NCBI GenBank assembly: GCA_964016885.1
Contig: OZ024740.1
Coordinates: forward strand, 108,066,001 to 108,130,000
DNA from: Eledone cirrhosa
Lineage: Eukaryota
Reading direction: 5' to 3'
Length of the DNA stretch: 64,000 nucleotides
The notes below the pieces were generated by a model. It did no database searches. It had not been told where the DNA came from and saw only the letters and a program-made list of their open reading frames with translations. The position numbers were made by a program, and so were the translations under genes. Below, piece after piece: positions 1 to 14,215 of this stretch; the first letter of the stretch is position 1; each line of letters opens with the position of its first letter.

Positions 1-147
1 CCCCCCACCACCACCACCACCACCACTCTAGTTTAAGTAGAACTTAGAACAAGAAAATGACATAACAAGCAACTAATTAACTAATATGGATAATGGAATG
101 AAAAATCTATCTTTGAAGTCTGAATAAAATTCTGAGAACATTACCTG

Positions 148-320
148 TAGGTACAGGTATGGGTTTATGGTTAAGAAGTTCACTTAACAACTATATGGTT
201 TCAGATTCCATCTTATTGCATGACACCATGGGCAGATTTCTTTTAATATAAACTTGGGCCAACTAATGCTTTGTGAATGAATTCAGTAGATGAAAGCTTT
301 AAGAAAATCCAACATATATG
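148..320 (+). mobile_element. Degenerate tRNA-derived SINE followed by (TG)n
   Basis: A/B-box-like head (tggttaagaag...ggtttcagattcc); related pieces at about 11330-11430 and 26900-26990. Confidence 0.55.
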
Positions 321-324
321 TGTG

Positions 325-359
<35 letters not shown>

Positions 360-691
360 CAGTTTACTGCATGCGTCTTCATATAAACATTTAAGTGGTG
401 ACATTTATGTCATACATTAAATAATATATCCTGCTGTGTAAAATTTCAACAAAGTTGAGCTGTATATACCATACTTATAAATAAAGCAGAGATTGGCATC
501 TGGCCATAGAAATACTGCCTCAAAAACATTTCATCCAGCCCACACCAGCATAAAAAGTGGACATAAAATGATGATGATGCTACCTGAAAATTATCAGCAA
601 ATACTGAATCAAAACAATAAAATAGAATAACTAAAAACACCTAAGATTAGGTTAACAAACCAGTTAATCTTTAGTAATAAGTTTCATCTCA

Positions 692-1068
692 GTTAGATAA
701 ACCAGTAGATATAGGAACATGGTTTAACTAGCTTCTGAGATAAACCCCCACCCCAGTGGTTATGGGAACATTGCTTAACTGGCTTCTGAGATGAACCCAG
801 TAGTTATGGGGTCATGGCTTAACTACTTCCTTCTTAGATAAACCATCAGTAATTATGGGAACATGGCTTAACTACTTCTTAGATAAACCACTAATAGTTG
901 TGGGAACATGACTTAACTAGCTTCTGAGATAAACCACTAGTTGTTATGGAACTATGGCTTAACTAATTCCTTCTTAGATAAACCATCAGTTGTTATGGGA
1001 ACATGGCTTAACTACTTCCTTCTTAGATAAGCCATCTGTAGTTATGGAAACATGGCTTAACTAGCTTT
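692..1068. repeat. Minisatellite, ~45-55 bp unit (tagataaaccacNagtNgttatgggaacatggcttaactagcttc)
   Basis: About 7-8 imperfect direct copies visible. Confidence 0.85.
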
Positions 1069-1193
1069 TTATTAGATTAGGTCACACATCTTTTAAATTT
1101 CCTCCTCCCGTTTATAATTACTTTCTGGTCTGTGTCACATGACTAATTATATTACCTCATTAATCTTACTAATTTTTAGACAATCCTCTAACC

Positions 1194-1514
1194 CAGTGAT
1201 CTCCAGCATTTTTAGAAACATGAACTCCAAATATAACCGATATTCCCTGATATGAATCCTAAATATAACAGAGAGACTTATAAAGATCCTTCAAACTAAA
1301 TAAAAAGAAATATGTACACATTTATAGTGCTTTCCTTTATTAAAAAAATATACTATTTCATAAAAGAATAACATCTAAAAGTAGAAACTTTAGAATATCA
1401 GTAAGAATGTTATGAAAACTGTCAAACGTTGCTGACAAACCCTGAAGACCTGAAGAGACCCTATATTTTCATTGAACCTATTGGGTTCATATGAAACCAA
1501 GATGGAGATCACAG
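1194..1514. mobile_element. hAT-type MITE
   Basis: TIRs CAGTGATCTCCA / TGGAGATCACAG; flanks ctctaacc / agataacc (decayed 8-bp TSD). Confidence 0.6.
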
Positions 1515-1604
1515 AGATAACCTAACACTGCCCTTTCCCGAAAACAACAATAATCTTTTTTTTCTAATTTTATAATGAACCTACAATATTAGATTATGTG
1601 AAGG

Positions 1605-1900
1605 TATTTAATGTAGTGATTGTTCAGCTCATGATCATAGGGTCATGAGTTCCCAAGGGCACATTGTGTCCTTGAGCAAGACTCTTTATTTCCCATGCCT
1701 CCAGTTCACTCAACTGAAGAAAATGAGTTCTACCTGCAATTCAAAAGACCAGCATTGTCACATACTAAGTCATGCTGAATCTCCCTGATAGCTACAGTAA
1801 GGGTACATGTATCTGTGGATTGCTCAGCCAATTGCACATAGATTTCCGAATTAGGCTGTTCTATTGATCAAAACAACTGGAATACTTGTCAGAATAACAT
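1605..1900 (+). mobile_element. tRNA-derived SINE with CORE-like central segment
   Basis: ttgtgtccttgagcaagac...ccagttcactcaactg shared with copies at 5567, 9780-10115 (minus) and 21708. Confidence 0.6.
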
Positions 1901-2356
1901 TACACACTCTTTAAATCATGCCAGAAATCTCCTGTGAACTGTGTTTTTATTCATCCAAAAATTGTTCAGTTTTTTTCCTCCCCCTCAATAAAATGAGCCT
2001 GAAATCTACAAGAGCCTGTTGGCCAATATAATGTGTCAAGAACTTTGCTACATGTTGATGAAAGATATTTAGGTCAAGTTTCTTTGTTTATTCTGTCGGA
2101 AATAAAAATGAAACCAATTTAACTTGTTAATGGATAAAACTGGCTCGTTTTTTTCAAGGGAAAGTTTCAAGTGTCTTTCCTTCCTAAGAAAGTGAATCAG
2201 GGTTTTTTATTCACTATTTTCCATAAATTTAAATATTACTTTGTTACATCCATCCATCTCAATAGATGCTTTCATTTGAACCTATCCTTCTACTTCTTAT
2301 ACACCATTTGTCAGTCAAACTATCATCATCATCATCAACAGGAACATTATGATTAG

Positions 2357-2516
2357 AGACATGATAGTTGTGAGGTTTATATGTTACTCACCACCTAATG
2401 GTTGTGAGGTTTATGTTACTAACCACATGATAGTTGTGAGGTTTCAAATATGTTATTAACCACCTAATGGTTGTGAGGTTTATATGTTACTAACCACATG
2501 ATAGTTGTGAGGTTTC
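2357..2516. repeat. Minisatellite, ~33-37 bp unit (atagttgtgaggtttatatgttactaaccac)
   Basis: About 5 direct copies. Confidence 0.85.
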
Positions 2517-3681
2517 ATTGCAGCATCAGATTAAATCCCTTGTGATATTTGTTCTAGTTCTCTACACTCAGAGTTCAAATGCAACCAAAGTCAACTTTAC
2601 CTTTCATCCTTTTGGTGTCGATAAAGTACCAATCCAGGGGTGGTGATTGGCGGAATCATTAGGGAGGGGGGAAGAGATGGAGGAAGATATCCTCGAATTG
2701 GAGACCTGCTCTGAATGCTTACAAGAGTTTGGACTTCCTGAAAGGCCATCTGGACCACATGATGGTTTAAAACTGGCCAACAGATCAAGTCTAGCACCTA
2801 AAGACTTCCATTTCAGTTTAACAGTCTAATATATAGGTGTAAACTAAAATGGCAGTTGTTGCTAAGCTCCAGGTTTGCACTTCTTCAGTAGCAGACTTAT
2901 GATCAAAGATGTTCCTGTTATGACCATCCTGTCTTTTAGTAAATTTAAGACCAGATGATATATGTCCTCCTTTTTCTAAATAGTAGTGAGTAAATTTATT
3001 TAATGACTTTTGAGCATTGACAGTGCCTATGATTTCTTTTGGAGTCTCTGAGATTAAACAAGAAAGTTATCCTCAGACTGGAGAGCTGGCTTGAAATGGT
3101 GAAAGAAATTGTATGATTAACAATAATACTGAAAGGGCTTAGTACAGACACTCTTCAGTCAAGCCCTCATCAACTGCCACTTGAACATGAAAGTGAGAGT
3201 GGACAGGCAGGTGTATCTTCCAGTGAATATGCTGAAATGTAAGGGTGAGAGTAACAAGAATGGCCTATACTGAACTAGCACCTGGGTGCACCCTCTTCTA
3301 AATAAATTAATTTCAACTTATAGTTTGGCAAGCTGACAAACCTAGTTTTTGACACTTCTTGCTCTGACCGCACTAACAAAATTACTAAGCCTGCATTTTC
3401 CACTATACAGTTCATAACACCATACACCCCACACACACACATACACACACAGCATTATTTTGATAATGCTGCTATGAAGCAAAGATGTTTATCAATGTCT
3501 TTATTGATTGCAGGAAATTATTATAGATTTAAGTTAGTTATACAAATTTGAATAAAACTGATTTTTTTAAGATTCAATAATGTACCTGAGGCAGCTGCCT
3601 AGTTGGTCTTAATGGTAGCGCCCATTGCTTTTGTAGTAAATAATGGAAATTGTTATTATTATTACATTAACAACTCTATCA

Positions 3682-5100
3682 TAATAATTGTTTCTACTTT
3701 TGGCACAAGGCCAGCAATTACCCAGCGCATTATTGGTACTTTATTTTATCAAACCCGTAAGGATGAAAGGCAAAGTTAATCTCGGCAGGATTTGAACTCA
3801 GATCATACAGGAAGATAACTCTATGCTTCAAAGCATAATAATTGTTCCTACTTTAGGCACAAGACCAGCAATTTGAAGAGGGGGGGGGTTGATTAATTCA
3901 ACACCAGTGCATTACTGGTGTGTTATTTTATCGACCCCATAAGGATGAAAGGCAAAGCTAACCTCGGCAGGATTTGAACTCAGAACGTAAAAGGGCCATA
4001 ACTCTATGCTGCGAAGCATGCTGTCCAATGCTCTATCGATACTGCTAATAATTGTTTCTACTTTAGGCACAAGGCCAGCAATTATCCCAGTGCATTACTG
4101 GTACTTTATTTTATCGACCCCGTAAGGATGAAAGGCAAAGTTAACCTCGGTGGGATTTGAACTCAGACTGTAAAGGGACGTAACTATGCTAGAAAACATG
4201 GCGTCCAACCCTCTACCGATATTACCAATTCACCGCCCTATATACTGCTAATAATAATGGTTTCTGATTTAGGCACAAGGCCAACAATTTAAATCAACTT
4301 TCCCCTCTCCCAAAAATTGCTAGCGTTGTGCCTAAATCAAAAACCATTATCATTACTATGATAGAATTGTTAATGCAGCAGACCAAATGCTCTGCAGTAT
4401 TTGTCCTAGGTCTTTAAATTCTCATTTCAAATCTCACTAAGATCAACTTTGCCTTTCATCCTTCTGTAAGTACAAACAATGCACTAGGGTCAATTTAATT
4501 GACTTTACACTCACCTTTAAATTGCTGGCCTTGTGCCAAAAGCAGAAACAATTATTATTATTATTATTATTATTCTTTGAGTCTCAGTCATTGATGTTAG
4601 TTAACTGGAAAGTTTGTTGAAATGAATATCAAGCCACTACCTGCAGCCTCAGATATTTAGGACGTATCAGAGGGTTCTTGCTGTTCCCAGCAAGCATGCC
4701 TTTTGAAGCGTTCCAAAAAGCGTGAAGGGGCCAATTTTCTTTAACCATCCCTGGAAACTTTTTGAGATAGTACCTAGTGCGCCTATGACAATCGGGACCA
4801 CTTTGACTTCATGGCAGTTCCAAATCCTTTTTACCTCCCACTTTAAGTCCTGGTATCGGTTAATTTTATCCCTCTCCTTCTCTTGCACTCTTGTGTCGAT
4901 TATTATTATTATTATTATTATTATTTCTTCATTATTGAATTAGCAGAATAGTTATGGCTCTTTATGTTCTGAGTTCAAATCCCAACATGGTTAACTTTGA
5001 CTTTCTTCCTTCTGGGACTGATAAAATAAAGCACCTGTCAAGTACTGGGGTTCCCCTTCTCCCAAATTGTTGGCCATGTGCCTAAATCAAAAACCATTAT
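3682..5100. mobile_element. Cluster of at least 5 copies of one tRNA-derived SINE family (both orientations)
   Basis: Repeated ctgagttcaaat...gcctttcatcct...ggggtcgataaaataaagtaccag...ggccttgtgcc...gtagaaacaattatt. The central motif resembles the Meta-domain SINE core (from memory). Confidence 0.85.
4575..4898 (-). mobile_element. 3' fragment of R4/Dong-like LINE (restriction-like endonuclease C-terminus)
   Basis: EKERDKINRYQDLKWE...VVPIVIGALG...LQKACLLGTA; flanked on both sides by (TAT)n. Confidence 0.8.
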
Positions 5101-5375
5101 TATCATGTAGCTATGTAATTTGAAATCAAAACCTTCTGCAATGGATGGGATGACCATCACCATCATCACTGCATACTCCAGAATCAGTTGAAATTCTTTT
5201 AATCATGTTTAGTACAGCAGGGTTGATTAGTCCGAGGCTAAACAACAACATAATTTGATATTAATTGTAATTTCTAAACTAATAAATTAATGTAATTATG
5301 TCAACATCGAATAGAATATTTTTTTAAAGAATAGTTTCATACACTGTACATAAAAACTTTGTGAACAGTGTAGAC

Positions 5376-5838
5376 CGGTGCTCTCCAAGCTAGTTTCATT
5401 AAAATATTTTGGGAGTTTGTGAAAAAAAAAGGGTTCCCACAAGGTGTGTCAGTAAAGTTTGATAGTTCTTCATGATATTCTGTTATTCTTTTATGAAACG
5501 GTATAGGTTTTCTATAAATGAAAATAAATTTTTAAAATGTAGATATATATTCTTTCTTACTATCAAGTGCCGGTGCATGGCTTAGTGGTTGGAGTATTGG
5601 GCTCACAATCGTGAGGTTGTCAGTTCAATTCCCAGACTAGGCAGCGCATTGTATTCTGAAGCAAGACACTTTATTTTATGTTATTCCAGTTCACTCAGCT
5701 GGAACAAATTAGTTGCAACGTCATTGGTGCAAAGCTGGACTTTGCCTTTCACTTGGTCAATATCAGTTTAAGGGTTCTTTACAAGTCTCTCAGTGATATT
5801 TGGAGTTCATAGTGTTAAAAAAAGGTTGGAGACCATTG
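5376..5838. mobile_element. hAT-type MITE interrupted by a SINE (about 5567-5770)
   Basis: Termini CGGTGCTCTCCAA / TTGGAGACCATTG; flanks gtgtagac / gagtaggc; internal tRNA-like head tggcttagtggttggag...gttcaattcc. Confidence 0.55.
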
Positions 5839-7472
5839 GAGTAGGCTATTGAACAGTGAAGGTTGATATTATGAGAGATTTGGCTAGGATCAATACTATT
5901 GTTATTGCGATTGAAATAGTGAAGAGTTTTAATTAATGGTAGTTCTTAATAAGAATATTTTTTTTATGATTCAGACAAAGGATTATAGAAATGAAAAAAT
6001 GAAATCTACAGCTCACACCTATGCAGATTTAGCTAACCTTCTATATGGCTGCATCACATAGGAGGTTTGTTGGGTGTTTTAATGATAGGGACCCCAGTCC
6101 TATTGTGAAAAGCAATGCAAAATGAAGGGTCTTGTTCTAGAACATAACACGCTGGCTAGTCTAGGAATTGAACACACAACCATTATGATTGTGAGTTCAA
6201 TACCCTAACCGCTAGGCCTACAGCAGGAAAAGATCCTAGTTTTGCTTGTAAAACTTTTCAACATTACTTTTAAAAGAGAAACACAAAGTGGGAAGATTTT
6301 TTAAAGGAATAAATCATTTGGAGGTTGAAGGATGTTTAAATTTCAAAAGTAACTGAAACATTTTCATAAATAGAAATACTCTAAATCAAGTTCCCCATTT
6401 ATCTTTCCAGCATGAGATGGGGAAGAAAGCTGAATACACCTCTCTCATGCATGTGTGTGTGTGTGTTTCTCTCATGTATGTGTGTGTGTTATCACAATAC
6501 AAATTCCAAATATTACTGAGACTTATAAAGAAACCTTAAACTTGATGATTTTTTTTTCATTTTCCTTTACTAAAAAACACTATACCATTTCATAAAAAAT
6601 AACATACTAACTTTTACCATCCCACAATGGTTAAGCAAAAAATGTTTAAAAACAGGTTTGTTAATTCAAATATTTATAATATATCCACTATTGGACAGAA
6701 AATAGTTGTGCAAATTCACAATATTAGAGAAAAGACTAATTTTTAATGGGATACAATTATAATGTTGTTTTATACATTTCAAGAATGTTTTACTAATGTA
6801 GTTTCATGTAGCACAGGACGTTAAGAGTTAACATAAAAGCTTTAGAATATCATGAAGAACTGTCAAACTTTACTGACAAACCCTTTAGGAACCACAATTT
6901 TTTCACAAACCACCAAAATATTTTAGTGAACCCTTTCAGTGCATATAAATGAACCCAAGTTGAAGAGCCCTGGTATAAATGGTAAATATATGTAACATAT
7001 AAATATTTGCTGGTAAATATATGTAACAAATATTTGTTTACTAATGAAAACTTGGTTATTTTATTGAATTACTCCGACTTGTTTATTATTATTAGGCAGT
7101 GTATTTCATTAGAGAAATTGTAATGAAAGGGTTAAAACAACTCTGAAGAATCACACAAAAACCTGACGACACTGTTAATTGTCAATGAGATGAACTTAAC
7201 ATTTACAGTGTGAACTGTACAAATCAAACAAGATTTACTTACAATGACAGACATCCCTTTTAATATAGAGATTTATCTTATTGTTAGAAGAAAGGATTTG
7301 TATGTATTTGTGTGTATATGAGATATATATAAAGAGAGAGAGATGGATACATAGAGATAAAAGAAAGTGAGGAAGAAAGGCATAAATAAATGTGTGGAAG
7401 AGAAAGACATACATACATACATACATACATACATACATACATACATACATACATACATACATACATACATAC

Positions 7473-9289
7473 ATAACCCATAACTTCTTTGTGGATGATC
7501 TGAAACTCTATGCCAAGAACATGGATGGGATGAAGAAAAATCTTGACCTGGTTACAACGTTCTCAAAGGATATAGGAATGGAGTTTGGCCAAGATAAATG
7601 CTCATACATGACTGTAAAGCGGGGAAAAACAACAACCCAATCTAGCAACATAGTCATCAATGGTCTAACTGTTTCACCGATATCTGATGAGGACTGCTAC
7701 AGATACCTGGGGATAGATGAGAACATATCCTATAATAGTATCTGTAATAAAGAATGCGTAGCCAGGGAATACTACACCCGATTAAGAAAGATCTGGTCAT
7801 CGGAACTCTCTGCGCAAAACAAAACAGTGGCTCAATGTGTTTGCTGTGCCTGTCCTAACACCAACGTTTGGAATACTCAATTGGACGATAGACGAAATCC
7901 GAGCAGTTGATGTTGGAACTCGAAAAATACTGAACAACACCGGAAACTTCCACATCAACAGTGACATAGACCGCCTTTACTTGAAACGAAAGCAGGGAGG
8001 CAGAGGCCAAACATCAGTCCAGACAACATTTGAATGTCGCATCATATCTCTCCGACAACATATACGAACCTCGAAGCGTAGGAGCCCGCTTCTCGAGCAA
8101 GTCTATCTGCATGAAACAGATAAGATCATGAGAGTTGGGAAGGAACTCCTTGAGAGATATTCCCTGTGTGATAATCAAAAACTCACACCCAGGGATGTCG
8201 CTCAGCAGTATCGCAGTGAATCCATGGATGAAAAACTGCATGCCTATCAGCAAAAAATCATGCATGGATATGTTGCCAGGAAGCTCCAGATTGAGAGTAA
8301 TATAGATAAGGAAAGTAGTCTATCTTGGACCAACAACCGCTATATTGGCTCCCACTTTGAAGTATACGCTTTTGCAATCCAAGAACAGGAGATTAGCACG
8401 AAATACCTGATTCACAAAAGAGATAGGGATGCAGGAAAAACACCTAGATGTGATAAGTGCAGACTCTGCAGAACTAACATCGAGGATATCACCCATGTCA
8501 TCAGCAGCTGTCCAAAGATGTCATCGCGGTACTATCTACCTATGAGGCATGATGTAGTGGCCAAAACACTGTACAATGCAGTTCGTAAAAAAGATAGCCC
8601 CGATAATAAACACATTAAAAGCTACAACAATGTGGAAGACATCCATGTACATAATATGAAAGAGGACTGGTGGAATGTTCCAGTAAAAACCCCAATAAAA
8701 TGCAGGCATAACAGACCAGATATTATATGGGACAGGGAGAAGAAAACATGCACAGTAGTGGAAATTAGCTGCCCAGCAGATGCCAATATAATATCAAAGA
8801 TTAGTGAAAAGGAGAATATTTATGCAGAACTGATGAGAAATCTGCAGATACTCCACTCTGATTACACCTTCAGATTTATGCCTGTGATTATTGGGGCACT
8901 GGGATATGTTAGTAACTGCCTCAATACAAATCTTGAGAAGCTAGGCTTCACAGGAACAGAAAGAACACAACTGTTAAGAAACTACAAGTACAATCCATTA
9001 ATGGAACAGTAAAAATATGTAAAACATTCCAAAAATGTTGCATCTAATAACTGCATATACACATGTACAGATACAAAGCATATACACATGCACACATACA
9101 ACTCAAAACATACATCCACACATACAATAACATCCATATCTACACATGCATGCATGCATGCATGCAGACATACATACATATCTACCTAGTTGATGTGTAA
9201 ATTCCAATGAGAGAGTCTTGTGTCTATGTTAGAAACCGACTCTCTCTCTCTATTGGTAAAACTTTGTGAAATTATAAAACCAGAAGAAC
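7473..9289 (+). mobile_element. 5'-truncated R4/Dong-clade LINE (RT C-half, CCHC finger, RLE endonuclease, 3'UTR) in a (CATA)n tract
   Basis: FVDDLKLYA (RT motif C), YRYLGI, FAIQEQEI, CRLC..EDITHVISSC, RHD, RPDI..EISCP; frameshifts near 7836 and 8980; (CATA)n on both sides. Confidence 0.92.
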
Positions 9290-9779
9290 ATACATGCATA
9301 CATACATACATACATACATACATACATGCATACATGCATACATACATACATACATACATACATACATACATACATACATACAGAGAAAGAGAGAGAGATG
9401 CAAGAGAAAAAGAGATGATATGAGGAGAAGACACAGAGAGAGATGTAGATACAGACCCAACACAAGTGTAGCTAGAAATAAAAGTCCAAGTAGTTAAGGT
9501 TCAGTTTTAACAATTATCAACTTAGTACAATAGATTTCAGAACCTTTATGTGATATGAAATTGAGTCTGTAAAAGACCTAAACTGTTTCACTCAGATATT
9601 GTTATATGTGCTTCTTTTATTTAGTACTAGTACTGCTGGTGCCACAATAAAATGCACCCAGTGCACTCTATAAAGTGGTTGGCATTATGAAAGGCATACA
9701 GCCATAGAAACTTTATTAAGACATAGGCTACAGATCTGACAACCCGTGTCAGTATGAAAAAGTGACGTATAACAAGACA

Positions 9780-10115
9780 CCCTTCGATCACGTATGGTCA
9801 CTATAGGTTTTGCACCTAGAAAGTTCCTATTCAAAGCATAAGACCAGGCAATGTGTTTTGTGGAAGACCACCAGTCACCTACGTATACCAGTCCCCCCTC
9901 TCCATACCACTGATGTTGTCCAAGGGAAAGGCAATGGCCAAGACAGCTTGGCATCAGTGTCATCACAATTCATTTCTACAGAAGAGTAAACTGTAACAAT
10001 GCGAAATAAAGTGTCTTGCTCACGAACACAACATATCAGCCAGTTCAAGAATCAGACACATAACCTCACAACTATGCACCCAATGCTTTAACTACTAAGC
10101 CATGTGCCTTCGCAC
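9780..10115 (-). mobile_element. tRNA-derived SINE, same family as 21708-21980
   Basis: Reverse complement starts gaaggcacatggcttagtagttaaagcattggg and shares ctttcccttggaca...ggtcttcc...ctttctaggtgcaaa. Confidence 0.75.
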
Positions 10116-10544
10116 GGAGAGAGGGAGTGAGAGATTTATATTGTCTTGAAACCTCAACTGCTCATGAAGTTGCAGGAATGCCATCATGATATAAAGTACG
10201 TTTTAAGCATTGTAAATTTGGTGTAGCCCATCTCTCTCCATGTCTATAGCTGATTTCATTTGGTAGGGCCCATCCCTCTTCATGGCTACAACTGATTTCA
10301 TTCAGAGAGAAAGCTGACAGTGTGTGAACTATGTCAATGAATTTATAATTTGTGTGTGAAAACAGTATCCTTCTGTTGGAGGTCTTGAGAGACATGAAAG
10401 CATACACAATGGCAAAATATATTCTTTACTTATTGATGAATTATGATTGTGATAAGTCTGATTAACAAGATAAAAATATTAACTTTTACATTAACATATT
10501 TCTAATAAAAAACACTGCCTTGATTTTCAAATAATTTTGAGTGC

Positions 10545-11290
10545 TTTTTGTCATAGCACCAGCACTACCACCTTACAGGATGGACGGGGTGCTTTTTTTT
10601 TGTAGTACCAGCATTATCTCAGGGGACACTGGTGGGGGCTGGGGCTGAAGTACGGACATTTCACTACTAGAGAGGGGTCATAGTGATGGCCTTGAAGAAG
10701 ATGGTGTCTGACAGTGTGAGAGTGTGTCTAGTTTCCCTTGATGGCCTAAAAGAGGTGTTTATATACTGTTTGAGCAAGTGGGTGATGTCTGTCATTTCAG
10801 TGTGTGCTAGGTTTCCCTGGGTTGAGAAAGTGTTGGGGGTGCAAAGGTTCGGCAGTGGAGGAGGGAATCAATTAAGGTTCATTTTAAATTCCCGTGGTTG
10901 AATGGGTTGGGCAAAGAGGTCAGGTGTAAACTAGCAGACAAGATCCTGAGAGTTATTTCATCTCTCTGCTTCTTCAGGTTTCGGGTAGAGAAGGGGATTA
11001 AGGGCATGCTGACAAGGAATTTGGGAGTATACTGGCATGTGGAGAGACCTGAGTGTTGTACCACTTCTCTGCTGCTTCTTCGGGTTTAGGGTAGAGTGGG
11101 GTAGGTGGTTTGCCATCCTCTTTGTGCTGCTTCATTCCACTTGCTCTGTATTACGGAATATCGCCAGTTTTCTTGATCCTGGGCCATCTCCTTTGTGAGA
11201 TTCAGCTGCATGAGATCAGCTTTCACATCATCATCCCACCTTTTCCTAGGTCTTCCCCTTCCAAGGGTTCTTTTGACTTTCAGTGTTACA
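10545..11290 (-). mobile_element. Old RTE-type LINE 3' fragment
   Basis: GRGRPRKRWDDDVKADL..LNLTKEMAQDQENWR, the typical RTE ORF C-terminus; left boundary uncertain. Confidence 0.6.
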
Positions 11291-11574
11291 CACACACATA
11301 CATTACACACACACACACATGACAGTATGGCAACTTTAGACAAGTATCTTCTATTACAGTCTCAAGCCAACCTGTGCCTGGAAAGTGAATTTCGAAGGCA
11401 GAAACCGTAAGGAAGCCCACTAAGTGTGTACAAATACTATAAACCTTACAAAAAAATGGAGAGGTCCAAAAGTAGCCAGGTAAACAAAAATGTCAATCTT
11501 AACGTTTATATTTATATTAGTTTCTATTTTTGTTTTTATTCTAATAGAACACACTTGGAATTTCTGATTACTGT

Positions 11575-12028
11575 AAATAATTGTTTCTACTTTTGGCACA
11601 AGGTCAGCAATTACCCAGTACATTACTGGTACTTTATTTTATCAACCCCGTAAGAGATAGTCGGTTTCTAACAGACACAAGACTCTCTCATTGGAATTTA
11701 CACAACATCAACTCGGTAGGTATGTATGTATGCATGCATGTGTAGATATGGATGTTATTGTATGTGTGGATGTGGATGTTTTGAGTTGTATGTGTGCATG
11801 TGTATATGCTTTGTATCTGTACATGTGTATATGCAGTTATTAGATGCAAAATTTTTGGAATGTTTTACATATTTTTACTGTTCCATTAAGTGGGAGTGGA
11901 ATGTATCGACCCCGTAAGGATGAAAGGCAAAGTCAACCTCGGCGGGATTCGACCTCAGATCGCAAAGGGAAGTAACTATGCTGCAAATCATGGCGTTCGA
12001 CCCTCTACCGATACTGCCAATTCACTGC
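11575..12028 (-). mobile_element. SINE split by an inverted piece (11655-11903) of the Dong-like element's 3' region
   Basis: 11655-11889 is the reverse complement of about 8998-9243; flanking duplication tatcaaccccgtaag / tatcgaccccgtaag. Confidence 0.85.
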
Positions 12029-12029
12029 T

Positions 12030-12455
12030 GAATAGGAGATGAGGGTGCACTAACTACGGTGATGATAATGTTGGTGATAAGGTTGATGATGATGATGATA
12101 AGGTTGATGGTGATGATGATGATGGTGATAATGATGATAAGGTTGATGATGACGTAGAAGGAGGTGGAACTGAATACGAGGTGAGGGTGCACTAACTGTG
12201 ATGTTGATGATGATGACGACGTAGAAGGAGAGGGAACTGAATACACGGTGAGGGTACACTACTGTGATGTTGATGATGGTGATAAGGTTGATGATGATGA
12301 CGTGGGAGGAGGGGGGAACTGAATACAAGGTAAGGGTACACTACTGTGATGATAATAATAAGATTGATGACGATGGCAATAATGACAATGATGATGGCGA
12401 ATGGGGAGGTGGAACTGAATGCTAGGTGAGGGTACACTACTGCGATGATGATCAT
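12030..12455. repeat. Degenerate minisatellite: gaactgaatac..ggtgagggtacacta units separated by (GAT)n
   Basis: About 5 copies of the anchor motif. Confidence 0.7.
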
Positions 12456-12940
12456 AACGTTGAAGATGATAGCAGTAATGCCAAAGATGACAACAACGGG
12501 GAGAAGGAGATGGTGGATGGTTATATAAGTCAGTTATAAAACAATCGGCAGGTTCATTATGTAATAGCAATAAGGAGTGCCGAAGAAGGGATAATAAATC
12601 TTTCCTGTTTATTGTTAATTTACAACTAATTATTTTTATTATTTTTATTTTTAAAAAAACTGAGGAAATATTGATTATTTTATGTTCAAGATATGTTATC
12701 ATGTCTATATAGAAGTTCTGGGAAGAGAAGGAGAATAACTAAAATACTGACATATAAATAACAAGGAAAGGTTTGTTACATCACAAGAATTAAGTCGTTC
12801 CTATCAGACGTGATAAAACAGCAGCATGGAGTTTAACTTTTTCAAACTCCTTCCTCTGAAATTTTACGTAGTTTATTTATAATGAACAGATAAATAATAA
12901 ATGTGTGTACATCTGTGAATGTGTTTGTCTTGTGTGTATG

Positions 12941-13677
<737 letters not shown>

Positions 13678-13678
<1 letters not shown>

Positions 13679-13985
13679 GAAGCATATAGACAATATGCCC
13701 CCACACCCTCCCACTGCAACGTGGTCATGGAGGTGCCACGGCAAAAATGCACCCAGTCCACACTGTAAAGTGGACGTGTAGGCGCCACGGAAAAAAGCAC
13801 CCAACACTAACTGTAAATGAGGTTGGTGTTAGGAAGGGCATCCAGCTGTAGAAACCAAGCCAAAATCAGTTCCTGTATGAGCAAGGCATGGTCAGCCGAC
13901 CAGACACTGCCCACAACAGGACAACCCGTCTAACCCAAGCTAGCATGGAAGAACGGACGTAAAACGGTGATGATGATGATGATGA
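13678..13985 (+). mobile_element. 3'UTR-only copy of the RTE LINE at 52795-55350
   Basis: Near-identical to 55048-55350, ends in (GAT)n, flanked by TA repeats. Confidence 0.9.
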
Positions 13986-14116
13986 TATATATATATACAC
14001 ATATATATATACATATATATATAAACACACACATATACACACATATATATATACACACACATATATATACATATATATCTATATCTATATATACACACAT
14101 ATATATACATATATAA

Positions 14117-14161
<45 letters not shown>

Positions 14162-14164
14162 TAA

Positions 14165-14195
<31 letters not shown>

Positions 14196-14215
14196 CACAC
14201 ATATATATATACATA

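Noticed and set aside
692-1068. CRISPR-like look of regular repeats (also 12030-12455 and 28640-28830)
   Set aside because: No unique spacers, no cas genes, eukaryotic context; these are ordinary minisatellites.
12790-12870. Possible BicC exon 2 after a minus-strand tttcag acceptor
   Set aside because: Phase-1 reading hits a stop after four codons and shows no similarity to the expected EDFF..IM..T.T.I.WPSKLK sequence.
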